From Abditibacterium sp. (GTDB lineage: Bacteria; Armatimonadota; Abditibacteriia; Abditibacteriales; Abditibacteriaceae): DNA of 64,000 nt. The DNA lies in NCBI GenBank assembly GCA_965199495.1, contig CBDASK010000003.1, forward strand, positions 1,152,001-1,216,000, given 5' to 3'. Both the position numbers and the translations under genes were made by a program. The notes under the pieces were generated by a model that did not search any database, was not told the DNA's origin, and saw only the letters and a program-made list of their open reading frames with translations. Shown piece by piece: positions 10,301-19,002 of the stretch; the first letter of the stretch is position 1; each line of letters begins with the position of its first letter.

Positions 10301-13300
10301 ATTCAGCAAAGACTCAAAAAGGCGAATAGGAGCAAAAGGCCCATTGCCTGACCTATCGAGCCAAGTCGTTGTCTCATAGGAGATGGTGCGAAGAAAAGAT
10401 AAAGTCTGATCCAGAACATCAGGATGCCTTATTAGCGCAGTAGCCCGTCCAAGAATGCCAGTTATGACCGAGTGAATCTGATACAAATCACAGGCTCGCG
10501 GGTTACCCTCGAAAGGCTTTATATCGTGAGCCAAATTCTCCAGAGAGGCTGAAATAAGCTGCTCGGAAGGCAAAGGAGCCGAGTTGGAATCTGCGCCAAC
10601 TTGATCTTCTTGGCGGCGCAGGTTTTCAGCTTGCATAAGCTGAGGGACAAACCGCAACCACTGACGATACCAACCAATTCCTTGTGGCAAGGCTTTGGTG
10701 GTCTCCAAAAGAGTTGGATTCGTCCAAGAAAGCAATTCATTTATCCACACCCAGGAATCGACTAAAAAAGTGTTGGGGTGTCGCTCTGAATTCAAAGACT
10801 GAGCTAAATCCGTTAGCTGTTGGAGTGTCGGTTCAAATGCAGATAGCAGCGTCGCGTCGCAACTTAAAGAAGCACATTCAACCACCAATTCCAAAGGCGG
10901 TGAGTAAGTCAAGGCGAGATCGGCAGCCTGCCGCGCTTCAGTAAACCGAGCGGCACTCAAGTAAGCACGAGCGACTTCGACTTGGATTAGAGCCACGATT
11001 TCTTGGCTATAAGCACCTGCGTCAGCCTGCATCCCAATCAACTCCTCCAAAGCCTCCACACCTATGACTTCCCTAACAGTAGTGATGTAGCCGCGTGCGC
11101 GACCAAGTGGGTAATCGTCGTGAATACTACGGCGCGCTGGCGCGCCGTTAGGAGCTTTAGTTTGCTGACGATCTCGACCGAATTGCCCCAACCAATTGCA
11201 TAGCCCTTGCTTACAAACATCCCAACCAAATACCCGTAACTCGCCTTGAAATTGTGCGGAGCTTTCTAAATCGCTAAAATGCGATTGGTATGAACCTTCG
11301 GTCGTTGTATCAGATAAACCCAAATATTCTGCCCAAGGAACGGATTTCCCCTCTCTATCTCCAATCGAGCAGAGAATGAGACCCTCTTGGCGAATCATCG
11401 TAGGACGGCCATCAAAAAGCAGACGCTCACTCAATATATCCGCGCCATGCACTTGAGCCAGGGTGCGCCCATATTCGAGCATTTCCAACTTGCCCTCGAA
11501 TACCATGCTGGCGTAGCGCAGATGAATGAGACGACACATCGCGGCCCAGTCACCTAATTCAGTGGCAACTGCTAAACCTAAAGCAATGCTGGAATTGATC
11601 GCTTGTCGGGGTTGGCCAGCGGCGATACTGTGAGCAACGAACTCGGTTTCAAGGTATTCAAGAACTTGCGCCCCGTATCCAGCCCGCCGCAAATTAGGCA
11701 GTAGAAATCGGTAGGCTTTGGCATCGAAGTAAAAAGGGCGTTTGCGGAGCCAGTCAATTAGCGGCTGCAAAAGCTGAGGCAAAGTTTGGGAGCCTCCTTG
11801 AATCCTTTCCAAAACGAAACGTCGAAAACTTTCGTGGTAGATGCGAATGCCACCTTGAGATGAAGTTTGCTTGAGGATGGGCCGCAACCGTTTCAACCAT
11901 CCTTCAAGGCGATGACCCAGCAAAGGGAAAATCTCGCGCAACTCGTCGGATTTCAATCCGAAATCGACTACCCCCAAAAGTTCGGCGGCAAAAACAGCAC
12001 TGGCGTCTTCCTTCTCCAGAGCATGAAGTAAAAAGTCATAGTAATTAGAAATTCGGCCAGAGAATGCCGGAAGTTCGTTCAGCTTCTCGTGCCAGAAAAC
12101 CGCGCTCTTTTCTGCACCCAATTGAAGCAATTCCGCACAAAGAAACGTGGCGTAAAGTGGATTACCTTCGCATCGCTCATGTAATTCACCCACGATTTCA
12201 TTCCAAGCTATATCAGCGGCTTCGTCTGGCTGTTCCCATCTTCTGGGCACCAGATGCCCAGAGCGAGACAATACGGTCTTGAGTTCACGCCGCAAGGCCA
12301 ACTCTTCAACATCGGAGAGCGACCAATCTGGCACCACAATCTCTTGCGTCCGATCTCGGATCGGGTCGAGATGTTGCCCCGGTTGGGAACCTAAAATTAG
12401 AGTTACTCCTTCAGGCACACGAAGCGCTTTGAGTTGTTCGATGATATCCACATCGCTCTGGCTGAGATCGCGCTCTTCGCTCAAAACACGCGCGATATGG
12501 TCGAGGCCATCGACAAAAATAATGACTTGCCTTGTCGAACTACTCGTCACTGCATGAGGAAGTAATTGTTCAAAAGCAGCCGCATCTGCGGCGTATATCG
12601 GTTGATGCTGCGCTCTAAGAGTCGGCGCATTTTCTATAAGTTCGACGATGACATTACCCCACATCGCGTTCGTCGTGATGCGCTTCTGAACTTCGACATC
12701 GCCCGGCTCCAAATAACAGTAGTGGCGCGCCACTAAATGCCCCGCCTCTCTCAATTCTCGGCTTAAAGATTCTTGCAGCCAGGATTTGCCAGCTCCAGGT
12801 AAACCTGTCAGCAGAATCAACTCGCCATCTGCAGACTCTATTTTTTGATGCAGATGATCCTGAAACTGAGAGCGGCGAACAAACTCTTTTTCTTCGAGTG
12901 GAAAGCGTTGTGCGACTCGCCCAAAATCGCGCCGCAAGCGTAGAAAGGTTTCCAAGGAATCGACCGTAACCTGACCATCTTCCACTCTGCACTTCTGTGC
13001 TAACCACATCATACTCGCCGCCACATCTATTGGAGTTCGTTCCTGATTCGGGTAGCGACCAATACCAATTCTGTCACGCAAAACCTCAAGGATGAGCATT
13101 TCCAAAGCACCAGGCTTACTAAAGTCGTTGGAAATCGCTGGGCACTTCAACTCTAAAATAAATAGGGATGCAAATTCAACAAAATCCTCGCGCGTGATGT
13201 CAGGTGCATCTTTCAAAGGCTTCCATCGAGATTCTTCTCCGAGAGGCCAGATTTCTTCAACGTTGAAGCGAAATGTCGAGGTGGCGTGACCTTCGAAGCT

Positions 13301-13732
13301 GCTGGAAACGTTGGCATTCTCTAAGAACCCCAAGACACTTGCGTCCGTGGGGTTCAGCCAAGTCGCACAAAATCGGTATTGGGACGCTTGCGAAGCGCCT
13401 GCATCACGGTGACTGCGAATAAGATCATCAATGCGCGCCCTATTTCGGCGCGTAGTTAAATCTTCCAACTGGAACTGTTTCGTAGCATCAGCGCTATGCT
13501 TAATCTGCCGCCGCGTATGACCCTCCGAGTTAGCAAGGGCAACGTCATCGAACTTATCAGTTTTGTGGATGAGCTGATTCGCAGTGAGAACACCTTCCTG
13601 TGCAGCCACAGTTTTGAGCATCAAGTAACAGACAACTGCATCTTGGTAGGTGTAACCACGCATAGCGGCTTCGAGGCTTGATGGGGTTAATGGAACAGAG
13701 GGAGCCAGAATTGTGGAAGCAAGTGAAACCAT
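7367..13732 (-). CDS. 2121-aa STAND NTPase with N-terminal Cap4-like PD-(D/E)xK nuclease (Avs3-like architecture)
   Basis: RGYTYQD..FDDV..QIKHS nuclease motif; Walker A GLPGAGKS; Walker B IIFVDGLDH; GNPLY; YHESFRRF; very long helical C-terminus. Confidence 0.8.
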   Translation of the reverse strand: MVSLASTILAPSVPLTPSSLEAAMRGYTYQDAVVCYLMLKTVAAQEGVLTANQLIHKTDKFDDVALANSEGHTRRQIKHSADATKQFQLEDLTTRRNRARIDDLIRSHRDAGASQASQYRFCATWLNPTDASVLGFLENANVSSSFEGHATSTFRFNVEEIWPLGEESRWKPLKDAPDITREDFVEFASLFILELKCPAISNDFSKPGALEMLILEVLRDRIGIGRYPNQERTPIDVAASMMWLAQKCRVEDGQVTVDSLETFLRLRRDFGRVAQRFPLEEKEFVRRSQFQDHLHQKIESADGELILLTGLPGAGKSWLQESLSRELREAGHLVARHYCYLEPGDVEVQKRITTNAMWGNVIVELIENAPTLRAQHQPIYAADAAAFEQLLPHAVTSSSTRQVIIFVDGLDHIARVLSEERDLSQSDVDIIEQLKALRVPEGVTLILGSQPGQHLDPIRDRTQEIVVPDWSLSDVEELALRRELKTVLSRSGHLVPRRWEQPDEAADIAWNEIVGELHERCEGNPLYATFLCAELLQLGAEKSAVFWHEKLNELPAFSGRISNYYDFLLHALEKEDASAVFAAELLGVVDFGLKSDELREIFPLLGHRLEGWLKRLRPILKQTSSQGGIRIYHESFRRFVLERIQGGSQTLPQLLQPLIDWLRKRPFYFDAKAYRFLLPNLRRAGYGAQVLEYLETEFVAHSIAAGQPRQAINSSIALGLAVATELGDWAAMCRLIHLRYASMVFEGKLEMLEYGRTLAQVHGADILSERLLFDGRPTMIRQEGLILCSIGDREGKSVPWAEYLGLSDTTTEGSYQSHFSDLESSAQFQGELRVFGWDVCKQGLCNWLGQFGRDRQQTKAPNGAPARRSIHDDYPLGRARGYITTVREVIGVEALEELIGMQADAGAYSQEIVALIQVEVARAYLSAARFTEARQAADLALTYSPPLELVVECASLSCDATLLSAFEPTLQQLTDLAQSLNSERHPNTFLVDSWVWINELLSWTNPTLLETTKALPQGIGWYRQWLRFVPQLMQAENLRRQEDQVGADSNSAPLPSEQLISASLENLAHDIKPFEGNPRACDLYQIHSVITGILGRATALIRHPDVLDQTLSFLRTISYETTTWLDRSGNGPFAPIRLFESLLNLANEPQLKESALRFLLGLADDWQQHSQYYETHAENEFWRVRALLATERVEEASTAWEKSAQFLSAYGFRKDISLYEILDPLTLLADLDGERAKSLCCRVQRLPDAVVKHTDGRSTNRLPISWLEALLRVDFVGAVHVMAQTLRQDDDQTGWMLNEALGSVLDEARKRDDCDPLIVTFLDATRPFPALSREYGDDVKREAQSRLETLSCLMEKGRGSQVHNEWGERATENFLAQAEGDGPSRPLEALELVREFAAQWNIILPPENEFEEVEVSEAQASENSQPSPPAHQSSLEGTKKPVWEPVFPPNATPADLVSIFRSFHSYNSKEESGHWDNFVNAFGYRLLALAEDDGEGEGEGEVLRLLRHFARENLFYHGATPLGHLGEGFLRYGKIWLAAVAFALAYASSRSEGGYQFLGGNEFESWLLQARDLNSPVAFEVLFNEVAFYANKEYLNGMAQNLIKFCARHQNPNLAFDAWEEVCRVLETRLPDIGSGYRTFAVYEPQQVPKWTPDEALSFLLLVRLGHPEYKRRQAACVGVCAVLQTAPLTLKIPIKELLKSDINGTTAIHCLQILWNSEIEPYPITEFLYDELSALRQCKHFALRATANLLLERFTQVKSHLPFLSDHVDHVPTLDPRLENKIAALDWGNRANTIKRVWPDFPSLVIQHFESIWQGQSHASKRHQIRDGELMKSAKSRVHPHAPTTRCFWWHQEIYEASFQELLDNIDNHLVRQGLWAPESTLGLLQRVTSSIRLHTSLWNSRIPRPFLPLPRKLYAVSSQEVELLATPNAVQENSVFNGWIRLAAIEEELGSDVTSYSEQYLSSSIRTLQGALISRGPSDLPSANGYPFIQGDPQDWFIGSDDAIAQHGHLHPSRCGGIVGLDEIQDTLGESWILSLSPQIAAWLGLSPGNWPKRLHLVDDSGDIGIVFRHWSVRSIGSGMDEQCPRFIGCELLMRPDLWDRLQSYLQNPVIFWSTTYIS

Positions 13733-13793
13733 AGGTGAGTCGCTGTTAAAATTTCATCTACACGAGTGACAACATATCTTTAAAGGTGCATCT

Positions 13794-14291
13794 CTATCCG
13801 AATAGCTTCCGGTCGAACGCTCTGTAATTGATCGCTTCCGCAACGTGATGCATCTCTATATTTTGTGCGTCATCCAAGTCGGCAATCGTGCGCGAAACTT
13901 TCAGAATACGGTCATAACCGCGCCCCGATAAACCAAATTGCGCGATAGCGGTCTTGAGTAAGTCTTTAGTTGACGCATCCATTTCACACCATTGTCTCAA
14001 CTCTTTAGCTCTCATGCGCGCATTACAACTTACGCTCGAACCTTCCATGCGAGCCGTCTGTTGCGCCCGTGCGCGTTGCACGCGTTTTCTCACGGTGGCA
14101 GAGCTTTCACCTACTCTCTTGCCCATCAATTCTTCGGACGAAAGTCGCGGCACCTCAATGTGAATGTCAATGCGGTCGAGCAATGGTCCCGATATGCGCG
14201 ATAGGTATCTACGAATCTGCGGAGCCGTGCAAGTGCAGGGTTTTACATCTGGTGAACTCGACGTATTACCCAACAGGTTTCCGCACGGACA
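13794..14291 (-). pseudogene. comM: comM/yifB 3' half (copy 1), starting at the CPCG motif; 5' half absent
   Basis: CPCG..CTC..QIRRYLSRISGPLLDRIDIHIEVP..GLSGRGYDRILKVSRTIADL..HHVAEAINYR; no AAA Walker A region upstream. Confidence 0.9.
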
Positions 14292-14301
14292 CCAACGCCA
14301 A
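14281..14301. other. Putative att junction (copy 1)
   Basis: 21-mer CCGCACGGACACCAACGCCAA, identical at 44985-45005, spans the point where comM homology stops. Confidence 0.75.
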
Positions 14302-14370
14302 ATTTCGCTCGCCAAATTCACAAACTCGTCACAAACGTTAGATGCGAGCTACTAATATGTGAGCGGGGTT

Positions 14371-15009
14371 TTAGTCGGTCAACTCAATCGGGCGGAAATA
14401 GCCCAAGATACAGCTCACGTCGCGCACGCAGATTTGGATGTGGTTGAACTCGCTCACGCCCGCGCCCTCGTAAATCGGCGCGCCTTCCCAGAAAAGCCCA
14501 CGCACAGTGTCATAAGCGGGCAACCCACCAGCATCGCGTATTCGGTGAAGCGAGTTTGCGACGGCACAGTCGAGTCGGCGTAGTCGCAAATTTTTCCCGT
14601 TTGAAGGCAGAGGGACGCGGTTAATTTGCGAGGATAAAGCCAACTCGCCATAGGCTTCTTGAAGTTGAGCTATGGCGCTACTATCCGCGAGGTCAAGGCA
14701 CCTTTTCAAATTGAGCACCGCTCCCAACACAAAAGGTTTGACAATTTCCCCACGCGAGTTGAGTCCGCCAGAGGCCCGCTCCTGAGCGAATTGGAGCGCA
14801 CGCTTTGGATTGCTTTCCCAAAAGTAGATACCTGAACCCAGCCAGTCGTAATCGTTGCGGCTCGATTCGAGATGAGTCACCTCACCACGGAGAATCGCTT
14901 CGCCAACGCTCTGGTCGCAACCGTGAAAGCCAATGATGGGCGAGGGCAGAAACTCGTAATTAGCCCAGCGCATGGAGTCGAGCGTGGCCGTGTTTTCAAG
15001 AAGGCTCAT
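14371..15009 (-). CDS. DUF3990-like / ADP-ribosyltransferase-fold protein, putative toxin (copy 1)
   Basis: GFHGC..NDYDWLGSGIYFWE..HIQICVR motifs; close paralog at 45069-45707. Confidence 0.6.
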   Translation of the reverse strand: MSLLENTATLDSMRWANYEFLPSPIIGFHGCDQSVGEAILRGEVTHLESSRNDYDWLGSGIYFWESNPKRALQFAQERASGGLNSRGEIVKPFVLGAVLNLKRCLDLADSSAIAQLQEAYGELALSSQINRVPLPSNGKNLRLRRLDCAVANSLHRIRDAGGLPAYDTVRGLFWEGAPIYEGAGVSEFNHIQICVRDVSCILGYFRPIELTD

Positions 15010-15299
15010 CGCGGTGAAATTTGGGGAGAGTGCTCAGGGTCAGGAGTTCCATCACCGTTTGAAGCCCCATTCGAGTGCGCGCCGTTAGCCGTAGCTGCGG
15101 CCTCTTCCTGCTCTTCGAGGCGCTGTTGCTCCATCATTTCGTAGTAACCGATGTCACGCAGCAATTTCTCTGCAACCGCAGGGTCTTGGATCATACGCTC
15201 ACGGAAATGGGCAGCAGCCACGGTAAAGCGATCGGCTTCTTCGCTTGGCGAAAGCAATGGACCATCTTTACCAGAAGTTAAAGGTTTGGTTTGAGTCAT
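15006..15299 (-). CDS. Small helical protein, putative antitoxin partner (copy 1)
   Basis: ATGA overlap with the downstream gene; AGGAG RBS; paralog at 45704-45991. Confidence 0.65.
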   Translation of the reverse strand: MTQTKPLTSGKDGPLLSPSEEADRFTVAAAHFRERMIQDPAVAEKLLRDIGYYEMMEQQRLEEQEEAAATANGAHSNGASNGDGTPDPEHSPQISPR

Positions 15300-15321
15300 G
15301 GTGTTCTCCTTTTCTCTTGTA

Positions 15322-15330
15322 AGTATAAAC
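15322..15330 (-). promoter_or_regulatory. Candidate -10 element for the two-gene module
   Basis: GTTTATACT (TATACT) is conserved upstream of both copies (also 46020-46028); no convincing -35. Confidence 0.35.
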
Positions 15331-15353
15331 TTTACAGAAAGACACGCCCAATA

Positions 15354-17537
15354 TCAGAGCGTTGCCTTTTCGCCAAATGAAGCTGTCGGAGTTGGCAAAG
15401 TAGCCTTGTCGGTCGCCGCAGAAGGCGCCGAGTGCATCTGGTGTGTCGTGCGCAGCGACAGCGCCGAGGCACTCACGTCCTCAACATTTGCAGCGACCGC
15501 TTTGGCCGACGTTGCCGTTCCGTTGTTGCGTTTTCCTCTGGCGGCCCGATTGGCATCGGGCGCCTCGAAGCGGTAGGTGATGCGAACAATGGCCGTGCGT
15601 TGCTTGCCGCGCGGCGCACCCGCATCGAAGCGCGATTCGACTTCAATACCCGCCACCAACTCTTCCACGATGCGGCGTTTAATTTCCCACGCAAGCTCCT
15701 CGTCGCCGCTCGCGTCCAGCTTGAGGCGCAAACGTTCGAGCAACTGCTGCGCGCTTTCCAAGGCGCCCTGCGAGTTGCGGGCGCGTTCCCACTCACCTTG
15801 CAACCGCTCACGTTCATCGGTCAAAGCGCCCGCTTCGCCCGCGATTTCGGCGATCTGCGCTTCGAGGTCGCTCTCGGTCATCGCGCCGCGCCGGAACAGG
15901 CGGTAGAGCGTGGCACGCTGCTCATCATGCCCGCTCACCATTTTCTCCAACCGGTCAAGTTCGGCTTTGGCCTTGTCAGGGTCGGCGCCGCGAGAGTGCA
16001 GTTCGACGCGCAACCTGTTCAAAACATCCCCCGGCGCGCGCAGAAAACCCGCGATATCGCTCCACACCAAGTTTTCCAGTTCGAGGGCGCGGATGTGGCC
16101 CGACGTGCAGCGCGCATCCAATTTGCCGTAGCTCTGGTGCGAGCCGTTCTTGCCGTTGCACAGGTAGTATTTGCGCAACACCAAATCGCCCCGCACTTCC
16201 AGCCCCGCGCGCTCGGATTCGGGCACGCGGTCGAGTTTGCGGCCTTCCGAAACGGTGCCGACGTAGGTCAGCCCGCAGTGCGCGCACTTCATCAGGCCGC
16301 GCAAGAGGTATTTGCGCTTGACGATGTCGGGACGGCACAGCCTGTTGCGCCGCAACGTCTCCTGCGCCCGCGCCCATAATTCTGCGTCCACGATAGAAGG
16401 CACCGCGCGCTCGATCAGCATTGGTTCGGTTTGTTGCGAAGAGCTTGCGGCTTTGCGCGAGCGGCGTTTGCCCCAAGTGTGGATGCCTTTGTAAGTCGTC
16501 TCCACCAGCATGTTGCGCACGCGCCCCGCCCGCCACACTCCGCGCGTGGCGACGCGACGTTTGCCACGCGGCGCATCGGCCTGGGCGGCGGCAGATGCGT
16601 CACCGTTTGTCGCGTCCGAACCCAAATCCGAACCCTCTTCCAACGCGCCCACCAGACTGGCCGAAGGCGGAATTTTGCGTCCATCGCGGGTATAGCAGGT
16701 CGGCACGTTCAGCGCGTTCAACCGTTTGGCGATCTCGATACAGGAGACGCCCTCGTCGCCCGCCCACCCGTAAACCTTGCGCATCACCTCGACCTCGCTC
16801 AGGCCGCTGCGCGCCTCCACTTGCGTCGAAAGCACCAGACGCGCGGCGCGGTCGCAGCCTTCAACGCGGTAGCCGTAGGGCACGATGCCGCCGAGCCAGG
16901 TGCCCTCGCGCGCTAATCTGTGCGTGGCGTCTCGCGAGCGGCGCAGCGTGTTCTCGCGCTCCAATTTGCCGATGGCGCTCTGGAAGGTGAACATCGCCCG
17001 CCCGATCGGGGTGTCCAGCTCGATGCTCTCGGCCACGCCATAAACCCGCACGCCCAACTCGTCGTGCAGCAGGCGCGCCGCCATCTCGTTGACCAGCACA
17101 TCGCGCCCGATGCGGTCGGACTTGTAAACCACCAGGGACTTGAACTGGCCCGCCCGCGCATCACGGAGCAACCTCGCGCCCGCCGGACGCGCTTCGAGCG
17201 GGAGTGTGCCGCTCACGCCGTCGTCGCAGTAGACCTCGCCCAGGCGCCAACCCCGGGCGCGGCACTCGGCTTCGATGCACTCGATCTGGGTGCGGATGCT
17301 CTCCTTCTCGCGCTGCAAGTCGGTCGAAACCCGAGCGTAGCCCACCACGGTTTGCGGGATGGGATTTTGCGGCATTGCCAGCGACACGAGAGTGCCATTT
17401 TGGTGAAGTGGGATGTGCGTGACGAGAGTGTCGGGGCGCTGGAGCGAGGTTTGGACTCTGGAGTTAGCCGGTTCGGAGATATTAGTGGAAGCGCCGTTGG
17501 GCGAAGTGCTCAGTGGCGCGCGAGGAGTTGTGTTCAT
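15354..17537 (-). CDS. Large serine recombinase (LSR1)
   Basis: YARVST catalytic motif, DDGVSG, DRIGR, ERENTLRRS, PYGY, recombinase domain, Zn ribbon CAHCG..YYLC..C, coiled coil. Start chosen at ATG 17537 by comparison with LSR2. Confidence 0.95.
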   Translation of the reverse strand: MNTTPRAPLSTSPNGASTNISEPANSRVQTSLQRPDTLVTHIPLHQNGTLVSLAMPQNPIPQTVVGYARVSTDLQREKESIRTQIECIEAECRARGWRLGEVYCDDGVSGTLPLEARPAGARLLRDARAGQFKSLVVYKSDRIGRDVLVNEMAARLLHDELGVRVYGVAESIELDTPIGRAMFTFQSAIGKLERENTLRRSRDATHRLAREGTWLGGIVPYGYRVEGCDRAARLVLSTQVEARSGLSEVEVMRKVYGWAGDEGVSCIEIAKRLNALNVPTCYTRDGRKIPPSASLVGALEEGSDLGSDATNGDASAAAQADAPRGKRRVATRGVWRAGRVRNMLVETTYKGIHTWGKRRSRKAASSSQQTEPMLIERAVPSIVDAELWARAQETLRRNRLCRPDIVKRKYLLRGLMKCAHCGLTYVGTVSEGRKLDRVPESERAGLEVRGDLVLRKYYLCNGKNGSHQSYGKLDARCTSGHIRALELENLVWSDIAGFLRAPGDVLNRLRVELHSRGADPDKAKAELDRLEKMVSGHDEQRATLYRLFRRGAMTESDLEAQIAEIAGEAGALTDERERLQGEWERARNSQGALESAQQLLERLRLKLDASGDEELAWEIKRRIVEELVAGIEVESRFDAGAPRGKQRTAIVRITYRFEAPDANRAARGKRNNGTATSAKAVAANVEDVSASALSLRTTHQMHSAPSAATDKATLPTPTASFGEKATL

Positions 17538-17630
17538 AGGAGCGGGAAACCGCACGGAATTGTGATAAATTCGTGCGATTATTTTTCCGACGCGTGGTGA
17601 AATTTTCTGGTTTCTGGCGAGAGTTACGAG
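17538..17630. promoter_or_regulatory. Conserved ~90-bp LSR leader with an att-like half-site and an inverted repeat
   Basis: Near-identical to 60190-60280; contains CGCACG-N15-CGTGCG (17551-17577). Confidence 0.6.
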
Positions 17631-18192
17631 AGCCAAACCGGCGTTAAATTGCCGAATCATGCACCGCTAATATGTGCGAAATCTGGCACTGCCGAGGCCG
17701 CATTGCACGCCGCTAATATGTAAGGCACAGGCGCGCGCAATGGCGAATATTGTATTTCTACCATGTGCCGAAAAGACCGGAGAACGTGGGTAATTCCAAA
17801 TGCAAGAGGCACACAGAATGGCGCCCTCGGCGCACAAAAGCGCCAACTCGCGCCTCTCTAACATATTGTGCCCCGTCTTTTGTTTCCGGCTGTTTCCCGC
17901 GAGCCGACATGAAATACAGCATTTGGCATAGCCTCGACAGCGCGCCGCTAATATGGTGAACCCGGTGGAAACCAGTGTTTGAAACTCCTACGAGAGAAGC
18001 GCTAAACAGAATAGAGCGAGCGCAGCAGACTGCCAGCGCAGACTGCGAGTTACGCTTCGCTAATATGTGAGCAGAGCCGCAACCAAGGCACAGCGCCATG
18101 ATCCGGAGCGCAAACGGAGAAGGTTTCGGGACTCGTTCGTGGGGAAAATGCAACCAAAAGCTGCGAACCCGAGCATCAACGATTTCCTCGAC

Positions 18193-18343
18193 CAGTGACG
18201 CAGTGACGCAGTGACGCTCTCTGATCCCGATCGGGGAAAAGCATTGCCATTTTTCCGTGTTCATACCCCGTTTAGACTGGATTCTTGGATTAAAGAAGAG
18301 GAGGAAGCCCCGAATCAAGCCTCACTGGCGTCACCGCGTCACC
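18193..18343. repeat. Iteron-like array 1
   Basis: 3x CAGTGACG (18193-18216) facing 2x GCGTCACC (18328-18343). Confidence 0.7.
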
Positions 18344-18512
18344 ACCTCGCAGGATTTTGCCCGCCCTTTACAGACACTTCCTAAGATGTAAATCATGGCT
18401 ATGCGAATCCGCGATTTGGATGTCGCTAATTTAGTTGAAGGGCGCGTTGGGTCCCAAATCGAGCGTTCCTAAGATTTGAATCGCGAGAGAGCGGAATCGC
18501 AGGTTGCCTTTC

Positions 18513-18806
18513 CTAATATGGTGAGGGTTCGTCGTTCCGATCTTCAGTGGAAGGTGCATCCACCAGTAAACGCAGAGCGCTGAGTTGTTTTTCCTCGTCG
18601 GGCGCAAAGGTTCGGACCAATTGCAAACTTTGAGAGCTTTCTGAATTTGAAGACGCAGTTCCGCAAAGCGGATGCGTTGCCCCGGATGGAGAGATTTTAC
18701 TGGCACCTTCAGACTGATGTGGGCAAACAACACTCGCAAGGGTTTCGGCAGACGCGGGGGCGTCGGTCTCATTGGTATCGGGGAACGAGGTTAATTCGTG
18801 AGCCAT
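18513..18806 (-). CDS. Small conserved ORF upstream of LSR1 (candidate recombination directionality factor)
   Basis: Shares LxLVRTxAPDExxQLxALRLL with 60453-60779. Confidence 0.6.
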   Translation of the reverse strand: MAHELTSFPDTNETDAPASAETLASVVCPHQSEGASKISPSGATHPLCGTASSNSESSQSLQLVRTFAPDEEKQLSALRLLVDAPSTEDRNDEPSPY

Positions 18807-18850
18807 AAAGGAAAAACTACGAAACATAAAGCCCTTCTCCATACCCCGGA

Positions 18851-19002
18851 AGTGACGCTGTGACGATAGTGACACTTCATATCCCCTGTGGGCAGAAAAT
18901 CAGCGTTTTCCTTTTTCCTTGCTCCGGCTCGGACAACCGGCTTCGAGGCGAGTAGAGAATTGTTACGGTTGTTCCTGGTGTCACTATCGTCACAGCGTCA
19001 CT
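18851..19002. repeat. Iteron-like array 2 / putative replication origin
   Basis: Perfect 25-bp inverted repeat AGTGACGCTGTGACGATAGTGACAC (18851-18875 / 18978-19002) built from GTGAC units, just downstream of the primase-helicase. Confidence 0.75.

Noticed and set aside
14276..14294. Junction ends in ACCA on the + strand, like a tRNA 3' end att site
   Set aside because: No T-loop GTTCGA or cloverleaf; the sequence is explained by comM CPCG codons
14292..14321. ORF-track N-terminus (MNLASEIWRW) making comM copy 1 a full gene
   Set aside because: Not comM-like, crosses the junction, and only WRW is shared with copy 2; treated as element-side DNA
15439..15455. Inverted att-like sequence (GGTGTGTCGTGCG) in the LSR tail
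   Set aside because: Match to the junction is short, gapped and weak in the other copies; could be chance
15432..17600. Long + strand ORFs opposite LSR1 (also opposite LSR2, helicase, MTase, SNF2, primase and catalase, e.g. 32932-34206, 35467-36651, 48041-49105)
   Set aside because: Antisense shadows of GC-rich genes with no recognisable motifs
17758..18318. 186-aa ORF upstream of LSR1
   Set aside because: Non-ATG start, no motif, no counterpart in element B; overlaps repeat-rich regulatory DNA
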